From Jimgerdemannia flammicorona (lineage: Eukaryota): DNA of 43,199 bases. The notes below the pieces were generated by a model. The model ran no database searches. It was not told the DNA's origin and saw only the letters and a list, made by a program, of their open reading frames with translations. A program made the translations under genes and the position numbers. Numbering within the stretch: the stretch's first letter is position 1; every line of letters begins with the position of its first letter. The DNA lies in the NCBI GenBank assembly GCA_003990765.1, contig RBNJ01000079.1, positions 1 to 43,199 on the forward strand, in the 5' to 3' direction. This document shows, piece by piece, positions 21,397-33,800 of this stretch.

Positions 21397-23548
21397 TTCC
21401 TGTGTAGACTTACTTAACTTCTCAGTTGGAAACTGTAGCTTCTTTGGCTGCATATAGGTTATATCCAGCTGCCTTTTGACTTTCTTTAGTTGGGGCCTTA
21501 GCAGTTTGCCTTAACTTGATGAAGTCCAGTATTCTGGTAGTCAGGTTATTGAGGTAGTGCAGAGTAGTAACAGTTGCTTATATTGTTGTTTGGGGTTTTC
21601 AGTTGGGGTAGACACTGGCCATGTGTCCTGTCTTTTGGCAATAGAAGCATGCTCTGCTTCTTCAAAGTTCATTTCTTTTTTCTTTGGTGAGTTTCTTAAA
21701 GATACTCAGCTGAGTGGGTTCATGATTTCAGGATGTCTAAGAGGTGGATATGGAGGGAGCTCAGAATGCTTTATGCTTGGGTTCTTCTTTCTTAGTCCAA
21801 GTTTTTTCCTTATTATTGAATTATCTTTGGGGCAGAATTAGTCCAGCTGTCAGAATTCACTTGACTATAGTCTTGATTCTTGCCAGGTACTATTGTTGGT
21901 GATTACAACCAACTGAGTATTCTTGTTCTTAGATTTTCCTTATAAGCCATTCAGATAGAAGTGGTCTGCTCTTGTACCATTTTATGTTTTGTCATTGGCA
22001 ATGTATTCTAGGCCAATAGTGTTCAGAAGTAACTCAAGTTTTGTATAGAAGGTTTTAAATTCCTCCTTGCTATATATATTAAATTTGAGATTGCAGAGTT
22101 TAACTTGAGATTTAGCAATCATGATTTCACTGTGGTATTGAACAATTATGAGTTGTTTGAGTCCAGGAGCTATAGGATAGGCTTTATATCCTGGGGCATT
22201 ATTTGCTGTATTTTGGATAACAACTACAGGTCAGGTGTCCTATGTGAGGGGTTTTTCAGAAAAGGTTCACTACCATTCATCAGCAGGTTCTCAGAAGAAT
22301 GTAACAACTTGATGGACATAGGCTGTAGTAGTAGTAAAGAGTTGTTCCAGAGTGTGGTCTTGATTATTTGTTAGAAGACAGTCAGCAACTTACTCATTGG
22401 TCCATTGCTTGGCTTTAAAGTTAGTATCAACTATGTTAATGAATCTTTGAACTTCTTGTGCAGTACCATTGAAGGTAGGTAGGCTCAGATTTTTGATTGG
22501 TCGGGTCTGTTCAGCTAAGATAGTAATGGTTGCTGTCATTATAGCTATCTGGGCTATAAGGTCTAGAATCTGTTGATTTGCCATGTTGTTTACTAAAGGT
22601 GGTTGGACTACTGGTAGTAGTGTTACTAGTACTACTTGAGGTACTGGTACAGAGTATGATGGTATTCTTTGAGTCTGTGTAAGTTGCTGGAGTAATAGTT
22701 GTGAGTCTGGAGTAAGGGCTTGATAGATATAGCTATCTATTGCTATATAGGTATATTCTGTCCTGATAGAGGTACATCTCCTTCAGTAGTATATCTGGGA
22801 TTGAATTCACTGAGATACTCCTCCTCTTCTTTAGCATAGTCTCTATGTAGTTGAGTTTGCTCAGTATCAAAGTAGACAGAATTAGTTATATATCCAATTT
22901 TGGAAGGACTTAATTCAAAGTCAAGTTCTGGTTTAGTATTGGTTTTGAGTTCAGGTAGGGCTATAGCTGGGCCTGCTTCAGGTTCAGCATCAGGTTGTTG
23001 GCAGAGAGTTTCTCTTGTTTCTTTCTTAAGAATATGGCAGGTCTTGCTATTCTGGAAGCAGTAGTATAATGCAGTCTTGGTTCTAGTGCAGTGAAAGTCA
23101 GTAGAGTTGAGCCACTTGACTACAGAGACTTGGGCTTTGTGAGGAACTAAGACTAGAAAGACTGCTGCTGGTTGTCCTAGATTGCTTGGATTTGTGGAGC
23201 TGACAAAACTCTTGTTGAGAAGAGTAAAGAAGACTTCTATAAGACCTTTTTCATCCTGACTTGTAGGATGTAGAGTAAGGAGTTCAGTATATAGGGTTTC
23301 ACCTATCTGCTGATTTAATTGGAGTACTTCTTTCTTTGAATGAAGTCTGTCCCACTTGTTATAGGTATGAAGGTCAAATTGTTCTTATATGTCAGATTCA
23401 ATTCTCTCCAAATTGTCAGATTGTTCAGAATAAATTCCAGTTCAGAGGTTGGGCTTTATACCAACTTATAGGAATTCTCAGAGGTATTTATAGCAGGGTA
23501 AGGAAGCATCTTGAAGCAGAATTGGATTATAAACTGCTGCTACCAAGT

Positions 23549-25039
23549 TATAAGAGAGTTACTTATTAAGGTAACCATTACATAGTTCTAGAAGGGTTTT
23601 CTAGAAGTTCTGAATATTCTGAAAGACTGTTTTCTTAAGGTTAAGATCAATTTCATATAGAGTATATTCTCTATGCTTATTGATTTCAAGATTGAGTTGA
23701 CATCTCAACCAAAGTCCTTATTTGGACTAGTTCTAGATATTCAGGATTTTCCATATTTCAGAAAGTTCAAGAAACTAAGACCAGCTTAGTTGAATCAGCA
23801 TATCACTGCAGACAATACTCAATTAGGAGATTTTGTGATAGGGTTAAAAGTGGGACCTAACAGGGAGCAGATTTACTTAAAAGTGGTTTGTGAGTTATTA
23901 AATAGGTTTATTCACTATTTATAATATTGCTATACTAAGAGTAGTTATATGAAGAGATATTGTGGGGAAGTATTCAAAAGTGTTCAGATTGTTCAAGTCT
24001 GAAATTCTAAGGTCTGGGGGAGGGGGTATTTATACTAGTGAGAGACTATCTGGACTATGTTGAATATGGATATAGTACTTAGTACTTTGTTGAGTTGGAA
24101 TGCAGTCACATAGTATAAGTATAATCTGATATATCAAGAGATTGTCTGACTGCTGAGTCAGTTTACAGTCATGTCATATAAGGCTAATCTAACTATACTA
24201 TGACTGCTAAGCTATCTATAGATTTAGATGCTGTCTAGTTAGTCTTTGATGATATCACTATTGATGACATCATCTCTGGTAAAGTCTGAGCAGTTTTCTG
24301 ACTTCTGATATTATTAGTTTTAAAGGTATCATTATCTCTATCTCTTGCAAAATTATAGCTATCCTTGGTAGCAGTGGTTGTATAAGAATAACAGGTCTTG
24401 GTTCTCTTTTTTTTTGGACTACTGGCATATTTGTAAGAACTGGTCATCTTTGTCTAGAGTGAGAGCTCTCAATGTCATGCTGGGGGTTCAAACCTCTCAG
24501 AAATGATATTTTCTATAATCTGAGGCAATTTCTAATAGTAATATCTGTTATATAGATGGGCTTGAGATTGGTTTTGACAATGTCAGCTTTCTTGAGTTCA
24601 GATGAAGTATCTATCATTCTCCAATAGAGGTGACACAGATAGAGTGAATGGGGTTATTTAAATGTATTTTACTTCTGCTAAGTAATGAGGTCTTTATATA
24701 GTTGTAGTGTATCTTGGTCTTGAGTTAATAAGTGCAGTTCATGAACCTTTGATAGATAAGATAGGATTCTTCTTATCTCGGTTTGAGTTTAATACTTCAG
24801 TTTTCTTTTATAATAGTATAGTATACCAAAACTAGTTGTAGAGGTTCAGGGTTGGTCTTATAATTATAGTACTTCTTCTGGTATTCTTATATCTTAGCAG
24901 TAGGTTCTCATACTTGCTAGCATATTTTGTATAACTAGGTGATCTCTTCAGTAACTTGTTTTATAGTCTTGCATATGGTTTCTAAATTAGTTCTGAGGAT
25001 GACATGTGATTTTGGTGGCTTGAAGGTTGTGCACTTACA
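23549..25039 (-). repeat. 5' LTR of family 1 copy 1
   Basis: Direct repeat of 18699-20191, followed on the minus strand by ACT + TGGTAGCAGC PBS. Confidence 0.93.
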
Positions 25040-25219
25040 GAATGTAGGGATAGATGAGTTCAAAGTATATCTATCTATAGACTTATTAGTTCTCTTGCTT
25101 TTTCTTTATTTTGAACTATTTCAATCTGAGATTTATTTACTCTAGATACTGGTGATAATTATACAAGTTTTGCTAGCTATAAGATAACTAAGTTATGAGT
25201 CACTTTTTGCAAGTATTGA

Positions 25220-25312
25220 ATCTTTTCAATATCTGCTAAGTTTTAGGTAATTGCAAAAATTTCAATATCTGTAAAAATTTTAGCAATTGTTAAAGTTTCT
25301 ATATTTGCAAAA
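25220..25312. repeat. Imperfect 36-bp tandem repeat, ~2.5 units
   Basis: TTTCAATATCTG at 25224 and 25260, TTTCTATATTTG at 25296. Confidence 0.6.
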
Positions 25313-25499
25313 TATGTCTACTATTTGTAAGACTATATTATATTTGGGAATCAGATTTGAGTGCTATGATCAAATGTCTATTCTCCTAATTCATATTACT
25401 AATTCAGATCAACTATTATAATATATATCTTATTAAGATCAAAGCTATAGCAATTTACTTAAGATTTATAATATATAGTTATAAAAGCCCAGATCCTTA

Positions 25500-26345
25500 T
25501 AAAACTTATCACTTACTATTGATCTATTAAAAAAGAAGACTAAATTTAAATAGATAAATATATAGCAAAAAGTATTTAATAAATTCAAAACTAGATTAAT
25601 ATAAGTACTTATATATCTAGAGAAGAGCTAACTATATAGTAAGAAGGTTATTCTACAAGCTAATATAAATTCAATATAACTAAAAATAGTATATATTTAT
25701 ATAAAAGAAGAATAGAGTTGAATAATACTCTTAAATAAATCAAATCAATTTGAATTGAATTGAATTGAGATCTGATTTAATTCAATATTTTTATCTCAAC
25801 TTCAAAATATAATAATTTGGTAAAAATATATCCAAATTTAATATTCTTTATTATGTTATATTTATTATAATAATATATATCTAATAAGCTAAAATTTATT
25901 AGATTTGAATATATTTTAGTCAAGTTATTAAATTTTGAAAAATTAGTTTAAATTAAACTTTGAATTAAATTAAATTAGTCTCTAATTTGATTCAAAAAAT
26001 TTTAAATTAAAATAAATTATTATGAAATTTGATTTGATTCAATTTGTTTTAATTACTAGAGTTAAGTAGTATATATAATTATATATCTCAGCTAAAGAAC
26101 TTATAAAGAAAAAATATATAAATTCTATAAGTTAGAATATCTTATAGTTATTTGAGCTATAAAAAAGTTCTACTACTACTTTATAGAAAAATATTTTACT
26201 TTTCAGATATATATATAGACTATTTAGTTCTTATCTAATTATTGATTACAAGTAAACTTAAAGAAATCTATATCTAATAGATCATAAAGCTCTAAGTCTA
26301 TGATGCACTATTATATATTAATTAGAAAGAACTAATACTAATATA
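25500..26345 (+). pseudogene. Very decayed gypsy RT-connection/RNase H relic, split by a MITE
   Basis: DLLKKKTKFK*...FNKFKTRL and YKLEYLIVI*AIKKFYYYF align with 14190-14500 (ELLKKETKFE*...FNELKTRL; YKLKCLAVV*TVDKFYYYL). Confidence 0.75.
25723..26058. mobile_element. Fold-back MITE copy (oldest)
   Basis: Mutated TIRs TAATACTC...ATTACTA; flanks GAGTTGAA/GAGTTAAG consistent with an 8-bp TSD GAGTTGAG with one G>A in each copy; internal TTCAAAATATAATAA..ATCCAAATTTAA core. Confidence 0.8.
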
Positions 26346-26453
26346 TTTGAAATCTAACTTAATATACAATCTTAGCATTGTATCAGCTATTTTTATTATA
26401 TTGAGATATCTTATTATAGTTAATCTATAATGTTCAATTAAAAAATAGGAACT

Positions 26454-29400
26454 TGTAATAGAACGAACGAACGAGACGCGACATACAACGAGCGATCACG
26501 TGACCTGGAGATGACGTCACCATCGAGCGCGACATACGACGCGAACAATGTAATAAATGAGTATCCAGCTTACCCCTAGCAATCGGCGCCACAGCAACTA
26601 GTGCTGTAGCAACTGATCATTGCTTAACAACAGAGGTCCTGATCATAAAGTGTTCCTAATCACAAACCATCTAACAAAGGTCACAATCATAAACCTCATC
26701 TATAGTTACCAAATTAGTCACTTATACTTAGTCAGAAATTGCAAACCAACTTGTATAAATATCCTCAGTTTCCATCTGAAATAAAGACAGTTTTAGTTCA
26801 GTCCTTGATACAAGAATCAAGTTCCCCTCCACACACACACATTCCTCTGAGTCTTAGTAATGATATCTAAGTAACTTTAGTATTTCTGACTAAACTCTAG
26901 AAGTCTAGCTAACTTCTGCTAGAACTGAGACTGGTATATAAATTACAAAGACTTAAGTAAACCCTTTATTGAACCTGAATTCCAAGGTGAATTCAGTCTG
27001 TGCACAGCAAAGAACAAGTCCCTTATAATTATAGTTAATAAGAAGGATATTACTACTACAATTATTTTTAAATAAGTACTTCTTTATACTAAAGACTTCT
27101 TAGTATACTTGTATACTAAGTTCTTAGGTAATACCTTGTTTTCCTAATTATCCAAAGGATAAGAGAGAAGTAGAAATAAGAGTTATTATAACTTGATAGC
27201 AGTAGAATTATCAAGTTAAGAAGATATCAAGATCATACTCTTGAGAAGTTGAAATAAGACCAATTTTAGATAAGAGTAACCCCTAGAACTGACTGTAGAT
27301 TCCCCAGGAATAAACCCCCAAACAGAGCCAGATAAGCTATTATCATTAGGACCAAGTAGTACCAGAAAACTACAGATCCAGAAATCTACTAGCAAGTAAT
27401 TAACTAGGTATATAGAAATCTATATAAGGCCTTTAGGAACTTCCATCCAGGTTTTAGAAATATAGTCAGCTGCTATAGATTCTACACACTTCTCCATAAC
27501 TACCTTGGAACTACTAGAACTCAAGAATCTATTATTATAGCTACTCAGGAATTTCTAGACTATATCTCACTTTCTGTAGTAAGAGAAGTAGCTGCTGAGT
27601 AGATTGTATCTGACAGATACTATCATACTCCTACCAGGACCTCCCTCTACTATAGGTTAGTTGTTTACTATACCTCTACTATAATAAGATATAAGACTGA
27701 ACAAGTAGGCCACCCACCTCTTACTGCTGATCAAGAAGTAGGTCCATCTACTCTATCAGAGGCTGATATCTTCTTTGAAGGACCCAGTCAGTATAAGGAT
27801 ATACTATCTCATCAAAGAAGAGAGTCAGATGAAGACTCTGCAGGTTACTAGTCTGACAATAGTCAATAAGAAACAGCAGATCTAGGAATTTACCAAGGAC
27901 TTATAGATTAAAAAGATTAGACCTCAGAACCAATCTAGCTACCTATATAGAGATTTGATCTATCTACTCTTACAGGACTTTTTGATCTGATCTCTAGGAA
28001 TCAAGTAACCTCAAGTCATACAATACTACAATCTCATCAGGCAGAACAGTTTTCAGGAGAATCTATCTCTACAGACCTACTACCAACAGTCAATACAATA
28101 GTAGATATCAATATTGCAACTCTGACTATCCAATTAGCTACACTAGCAGAGATAGTAGGATAAATTGCTAAATAGAACAAACCTATCAAGACTCTGAGAA
28201 TTCCCAATTTCAGTAGAAGAAATAGAATATTGAAACCTTCATTAATATAGTTGATATAGAGTACTAAGTAAACCAATGAAATAATAACTGAGTATCTACA
28301 GAGATGCTTACCAATAACTAAGATAATACCTTTCAACAACTATTTACCACATCAGCAGTACAAGTGGAAACAGTAGTAACATTCTTTACTAGAACAGTAG
28401 CTGAGTTCTGGTGTATTTTAGAAGAATATCTAGTAATTTGAGAAGACTACTCTCAAGTTACTAGCTAAGTACTTGATCAAGTTAGATCAGATTGAGATAA
28501 CTATGCAGCAGGCTCAGGACTCAAGACCCTACTACTGAACAAAGTCTGAAATATAGTATATATATAAAAACTTAGAACAAATCAGTCTAGATGAAGTTTC
28601 ATAAGAATAGTAAGGAGGACTTAAAAATCTTTACCACTAGGATGAATACCTATCTCAAAATTGTGGAACTTACTTATTAGGAAAATAATTTGACCATCAA
28701 TAATATCAGAGCCAACTATCTTTTTACAGCTCTATCAGACTGACTCACTCAGAAGATTAAGGAACAAGGTCTTCTCTAAGGATATCTCCACTACTTATGG
28801 TACTTTGTCCAGGTATAAAGAAGAGTCTGTGAAATCTTTATTATATAGATCCCATAAAATTCAGAATATAAAAAGAATTACCAAGATAGGAGGAATCCCT
28901 CCAGAAGGAATAATTAAAGAAATGATCAAAGAAATGATCAAAGGAACTAGTGAAACCCCAGAGGACCAAGACTCTCTAATGAGGATAAAAAGAAGTAGCT
29001 TTGTAAAAAAGAATTGTATTTTATTTGAAGAAGATAGGACATATCTCCTTCAAATGTCCTGAGAAGAGAAACAGATCAGATGAGCTTAATAACTAGAACA
29101 TCACTCTTATTAGAGAAGACTCAAGAAAGAAAAACCTCAAGAATATCATCAAAGTATATAAAATATGGTACAAGACTACTATTCCCACTAAGACCCATTC
29201 TACTAATATAGGATATAACCTCTACAGTAGCCAAGATCTCATCATTCCACTAAGTATTAATATATAATATATACTGGAATTATAATATAAGCCTTCAAAG
29301 GAATATATATACATCTTGCTAAAAGAAGCAGCCTGGTCAAAGAATTCAATATTGGGCTAGAAAGAGGAGTAGTTAATCAAAATTTTGGAGATATATCATT

Positions 29401-30836
29401 TGAAGTCAAAGCAGACCAACAAATTTTTTAGGCAATCATTGAAGAAATCTATCAAGATCTTACCATTGAAGAAGTCTCTGAGCTCTCTCAGACAGACTAT
29501 AGCAAGAAAGGGTTTGAATCAACCAACAAACCCCCTAGTCAAAAGGTTACCACTATAAAAGAAGCTAATGAAAACTAATATAAGAGAATTGTAGATGATT
29601 ATATACCATATAGATGATGCCCTCATTTTATCTAAATATACTATATATAATATATTGGTGAATACCACACATGTCTCTTCAAGATTTTCAAAATTCAATC
29701 CAAGAAATACCAAGCCTAACAGACTAAAGAACTCAAACAAGACTACTCTCCTTATGAAGAATAGGAAGAGACTAACTTTGAGGAGACTGATGATAATTGG
29801 GATAAAGAGCTCAATACTATCAAGAAAGAGGACAGTTATATCAAGTTTACAGGCCAAGTTTATAAATAGAATGTCAATGTTTTACTAGATAGTAGTACTA
29901 CTAGAAACTATATTAGTACTAAGACTGCTAAGAGGATTGGAGCCTAAAGCCGACCAGCCACTAAGAAAAGAAGTATTATCTTTGATGATAGTAAGACTGA
30001 ACCTTTGACCAAGATCTGTAAAGATCTACTGCTCAGAATTGACAAATATCAAGAAAAGTTAGACTTTAGTATTGTAGTCTTTCAGGACAAGATATTATTC
30101 TAGGAAAAGCCTAGTTGACTCAATATAATCCAGATATCAACTAGAGGACCAATAAGGTTAACCTGATCCATGAAGGCAGAAAAATTACTCTGATATCCCA
30201 AGAAGATACTAATTATCAAAGAATTGAAATCATCTCTACCATTTAAATAAAGAGACTTTCTCATAAAAAAGAAAACACATACTTTATTTATATTATACAA
30301 AAAGTCACTAAAGTTCCAAATAGTCTTATCTTACTAAAAGCTTAAGAATTGTTTGAAGAATTTCAAGATATATTCCAGGAATCTAAAGAGCTTCCACTCA
30401 AGCACCAAATCCAATATGGAATTGATCTCATTCCAGAATCTAAATCTCTATATAAGAGTATTTACTAGCTGACCCAACCTGAACTTAAGATCCTCAAGGA
30501 TGAATTGATCAAACTATTGGTCCAAAGATATATTGAACTCAGCTATTCTCCATTTGGAGTTTCCATTCTGTTTATTAAGAAGAATGGCTCTTTGCAAATG
30601 TGTATTAACTACAGAGCCCTCAACAAGATTACCATCATGAACCAGTATACCTTATCTAAGATTGATGAGTTATTATACCAAATCTTCAAGGTTAAGATCT
30701 TTTCCCTACTGGATTTATTAAATAGTTATCACCAGATTCTCACTTGATAAGAAAGTTATTGAGAAGACAGCTTTCTGAATATAGTTTGAACACTATCAGT
30801 TCTGAGTTATGTCTTTTGGTTTGATCAATATATATA
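26454..30836 (+). mobile_element. Ty3/gypsy LTR element, family 2 (5' LTR, pre-Gag domain, Gag, dUTPase, protease, RT start), interrupted by LINE D
   Basis: LTR from TGTAATA (26454 or 26549) to TATTATA (27190); PBS TGATAGCAGTAG at 27194; Gag KPIKTLRIPNF; knuckle remnant KKIGHISFKCP; dUTPase PTKTHSTNIGYNLYS, RSSL, GVVNQNF, KGFEST (29150-29525); protease LLDSSTT..ILGKA*L; RT SPFGVSILFIKK, CINYRALNKIT, KTAF, VMSFGLIN. Confidence 0.9.
26461..26590. promoter_or_regulatory. CpG-rich island with E-box (TCACGTGA 26496) and CRE (TGACGTCA 26512)
   Basis: 17 CpGs counted in 130 bp, against essentially none in the flanking kilobases; direct repeat CGCGACATAC at 26477 and 26528. Confidence 0.65.
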
Positions 30837-33800
30837 TTTTTTTTTTTTTTTTTTTTTTATAATCACTTAGACTTCATTATTTATTACTAGTCTATTAATA
30901 TGGTTACAGTATCACCTCCCACTACCCAATCCCCATAGGGGAGCCCCCTCCCACACCTTCACAAATAAAGACCATTTTCTCATCCACCACTCCAATCCTC
31001 CCCTACTCTGCTCACAGATTTTCTCTACTAAGTAATACCTCCAACTATCCTGCAGACCTCAACCAAGCCACCAGTCTGTCATAGTGTCTTCCATAAGCCC
31101 TTGCCATCTCAACAGTCATACCCCCAAGTCCAGTCTTCTTCTATCCTTAAAAACAAATAACCAGTAACCTGCCAGCCCCACCTAAATTACTAAAACCCAA
31201 CCTAAGATAAGCCACTCCTTCTCCACCCCACCTACCAATCTATCCCTCAAATCCTCCCACTGACCCCATGCACCATCTCCCCTATATACTACCCCCAATC
31301 AATCTCCATCAGCCTGCCAAAAGTCACTAAATATCTCACACTCTTCTAGCTAATGTTCAGGCATCTGCACATATCCCCCTTCCTGCTCTACATTATGGTA
31401 CTCCTCACAGTTGAAGCATCTCCCCTCAATAAGGTGATCTGAGCAGAAGTTGAGCATAACATTCCTCTACAGCATGTGCCACTAGACCACCCAGTACTTT
31501 GGCAGTATCTACCTCCTCACCTCAGCACTCCAGGCCCAGATCTCCTACTAGTTCCACTCCTCTTCAATATCTACCAACTGCTATCTGCTGGGCCACAGAT
31601 CCTGGCCTAGCCTCCTTTGGCACTCAATCCTATCACTAATATCAAACTCAACTAAGGAAATGCCCCCCAATAATACTTGGTCTCATTTCCATATTGCTGG
31701 GTCCCAAGGCATCTTCCCTTTATTTTCCTGCTAGCAAATTCCAATATAGTGCACCCCCTCTACTACCCTCCACCAGAAGTCTTTGTATCTCATATGCCCA
31801 GTATTCCAAAGCCCAATCAAGGATAGTAGATCTCCTGTAGAGCCTCTCAGTGAGGACCTCATCTCCCAGACCTTCTGCAACAGAGAGACCCAGTTACCCC
31901 CTCTCAACTCCACCACTCTCTTTAACCACCATGCTCTCAAGCAGTATAGCCTCTTTGAAAAGTCAACCAGCCCAAGTCCTCCTCTCATCACTGGTAAGGA
32001 TAAGACCTCTCAGCTGATCTGACTCCTTCTCTTAGCCCAGATCCACCCCTTGGTCAGTTTCATCAGTCTCTTTACTACCCAGGCTGAGAAGTTCAGGTGA
32101 TAGGCCAGATACCACAACTTCAACAACCAGTAGATGTTCAAAATCAAGACATGTTCTGCTAAAGACAAGTGGCAACCTCCTTAACTCTGCAGGGCCTCCC
32201 CCCAGATTACAACTCTCTGCTTCTACTAAAGTCTCAGTAAGACTGACCCATATACTGATAAATAGATACCCAAGTACTACACTGCCTCTCCAGCAGGGAC
32301 AATTATTCCAATAACATTCCCTCCCACCAGACCATTACCTAATACCATTGTTTTATACTTATACTAATTGAGTTTAGCTCCAGAGTTCACCTCATACCAC
32401 TCCACTGTCTCCTTGAGCTCTTTTACATCAGCAATGGATTCCAGGCTGACCACTATATCATCTGTAAAGGCACCAACTTTCCACCCAATTCCAAAGATAG
32501 AGAGCCTCACTATCTTCTGTCTAATTCTATCCATTAGAAGTTCTAGGAAAAGAGTATACAGAATAGGAGACAGTGGATCCTTCTGGAGTACACTCCTACC
32601 CAGGAGAAATACCACCCCTCTATACCTATTATACAAGAGTGCAGCCTGACTCCCTTCCAGTAGGCTGACTATTGCTGACCAGAACTAGTGAGGTACTCCA
32701 ATCTTATTCAATATCTTTACTAATCAGACTTACCTCACCCAGTTGTATACCTTCTTCTGATCCAGAAAGACCAGTCACCCATCTAGTCCACAAGCTTGTG
32801 CCCCTTCAATAACTCTATGTACCCAAGCTGTGTCATCCCTAATGAACCAGCCTCCTATAAAGCTCCTCTATTCAATACCCAATACTTGCTGGACCACCTT
32901 CTGCAGCCTTGCGATCACCATCTTAGTCACCAACTTTCTGTCTATATCCAGCAGTATAATTGGCTGCTAGTTTTTCCAGTCCTCTCTCTTTCTCTTGTTC
33001 TTATAAAGCAGTATCACTAGTCCCAGATCCTGCTCCTCCACCTATCTCCCTAACTGTAGTATTAAATCACACAATGTCATTATCTCACTCAGTACCCCCA
33101 GGACTCTCACCATCTTCCTCCAGAAGTTCTAGGGCAGACCATCCTCCCCAGGTGCCATACCTAGTATAGTCATGGTGAGAACCTGGTAGATCTCCTTCTC
33201 TTGGACTAGCAATACCAAGCCACCCAGTCCTTCTGCCTATAGGGGGTACCAATCTTCTAATGTCTGGTCAATGACAGCAGCATTAGCCCCACCCTCTTCC
33301 TCACTCTATAAACCACTCCATTGCTCCTTTAATGATCCAAGAATGTCTTATATATTATGTACCAGCATACCATCAGAGTCTAGTACCCCCTCCCACCTCT
33401 GCTTTATTCTTCTCACCTGAAGAGCCCTTGTGAGATACTTTGAGGGTCTTTTCCCTTCCTCTAAACCCTGCCAATGAAGCCATGCTACCAAGCTCTGCAC
33501 TCTAGTCTCCTCCTCTTTCTACAATATCTGTTGTAGTTTCTCAATCTCCATTTTTACCCACATTAATCTCCAATTCTCTCCCCCCTCCAGTGTCACTAGT
33601 CCTGCCCAATCTTCCAAGAGTCTAGTCAGTCTAGCAGAAGCCCATATCACCCTTCATCTCCTCTGTTTCCCAGCCTCCTTGCCAGCCTCACTCCAGTAGA
33701 CCCTAGCCATCTTTTTTATCCTCATCCACTGAACACCAACTGGGACACCTTTCTGTCTCCAGCCCTTTACTCTCTGTTGAATATCTGCAGCCCACTTATT

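Larger units (their letters stand above)
18699..25039 (-). mobile_element. Non-autonomous Ty3/gypsy LTR element, family 1, copy 1 (complete, with TSD)
   Basis: LTRs at 23549-25039 and 18699-20191, TGTAAG...CTTACA termini, perfect 5-bp TSD GAATG (18694-18698, 25040-25044), PBS TGGTAGCAGC (23545 down), PPT at 20193-20205. Internal gag/dUTPase/protease remnants, no RT or IN. Confidence 0.95.

Noticed and set aside
23534-23545. tRNA gene
   Set aside because: Only a PBS complementary to a tRNA 3' end; no cloverleaf.
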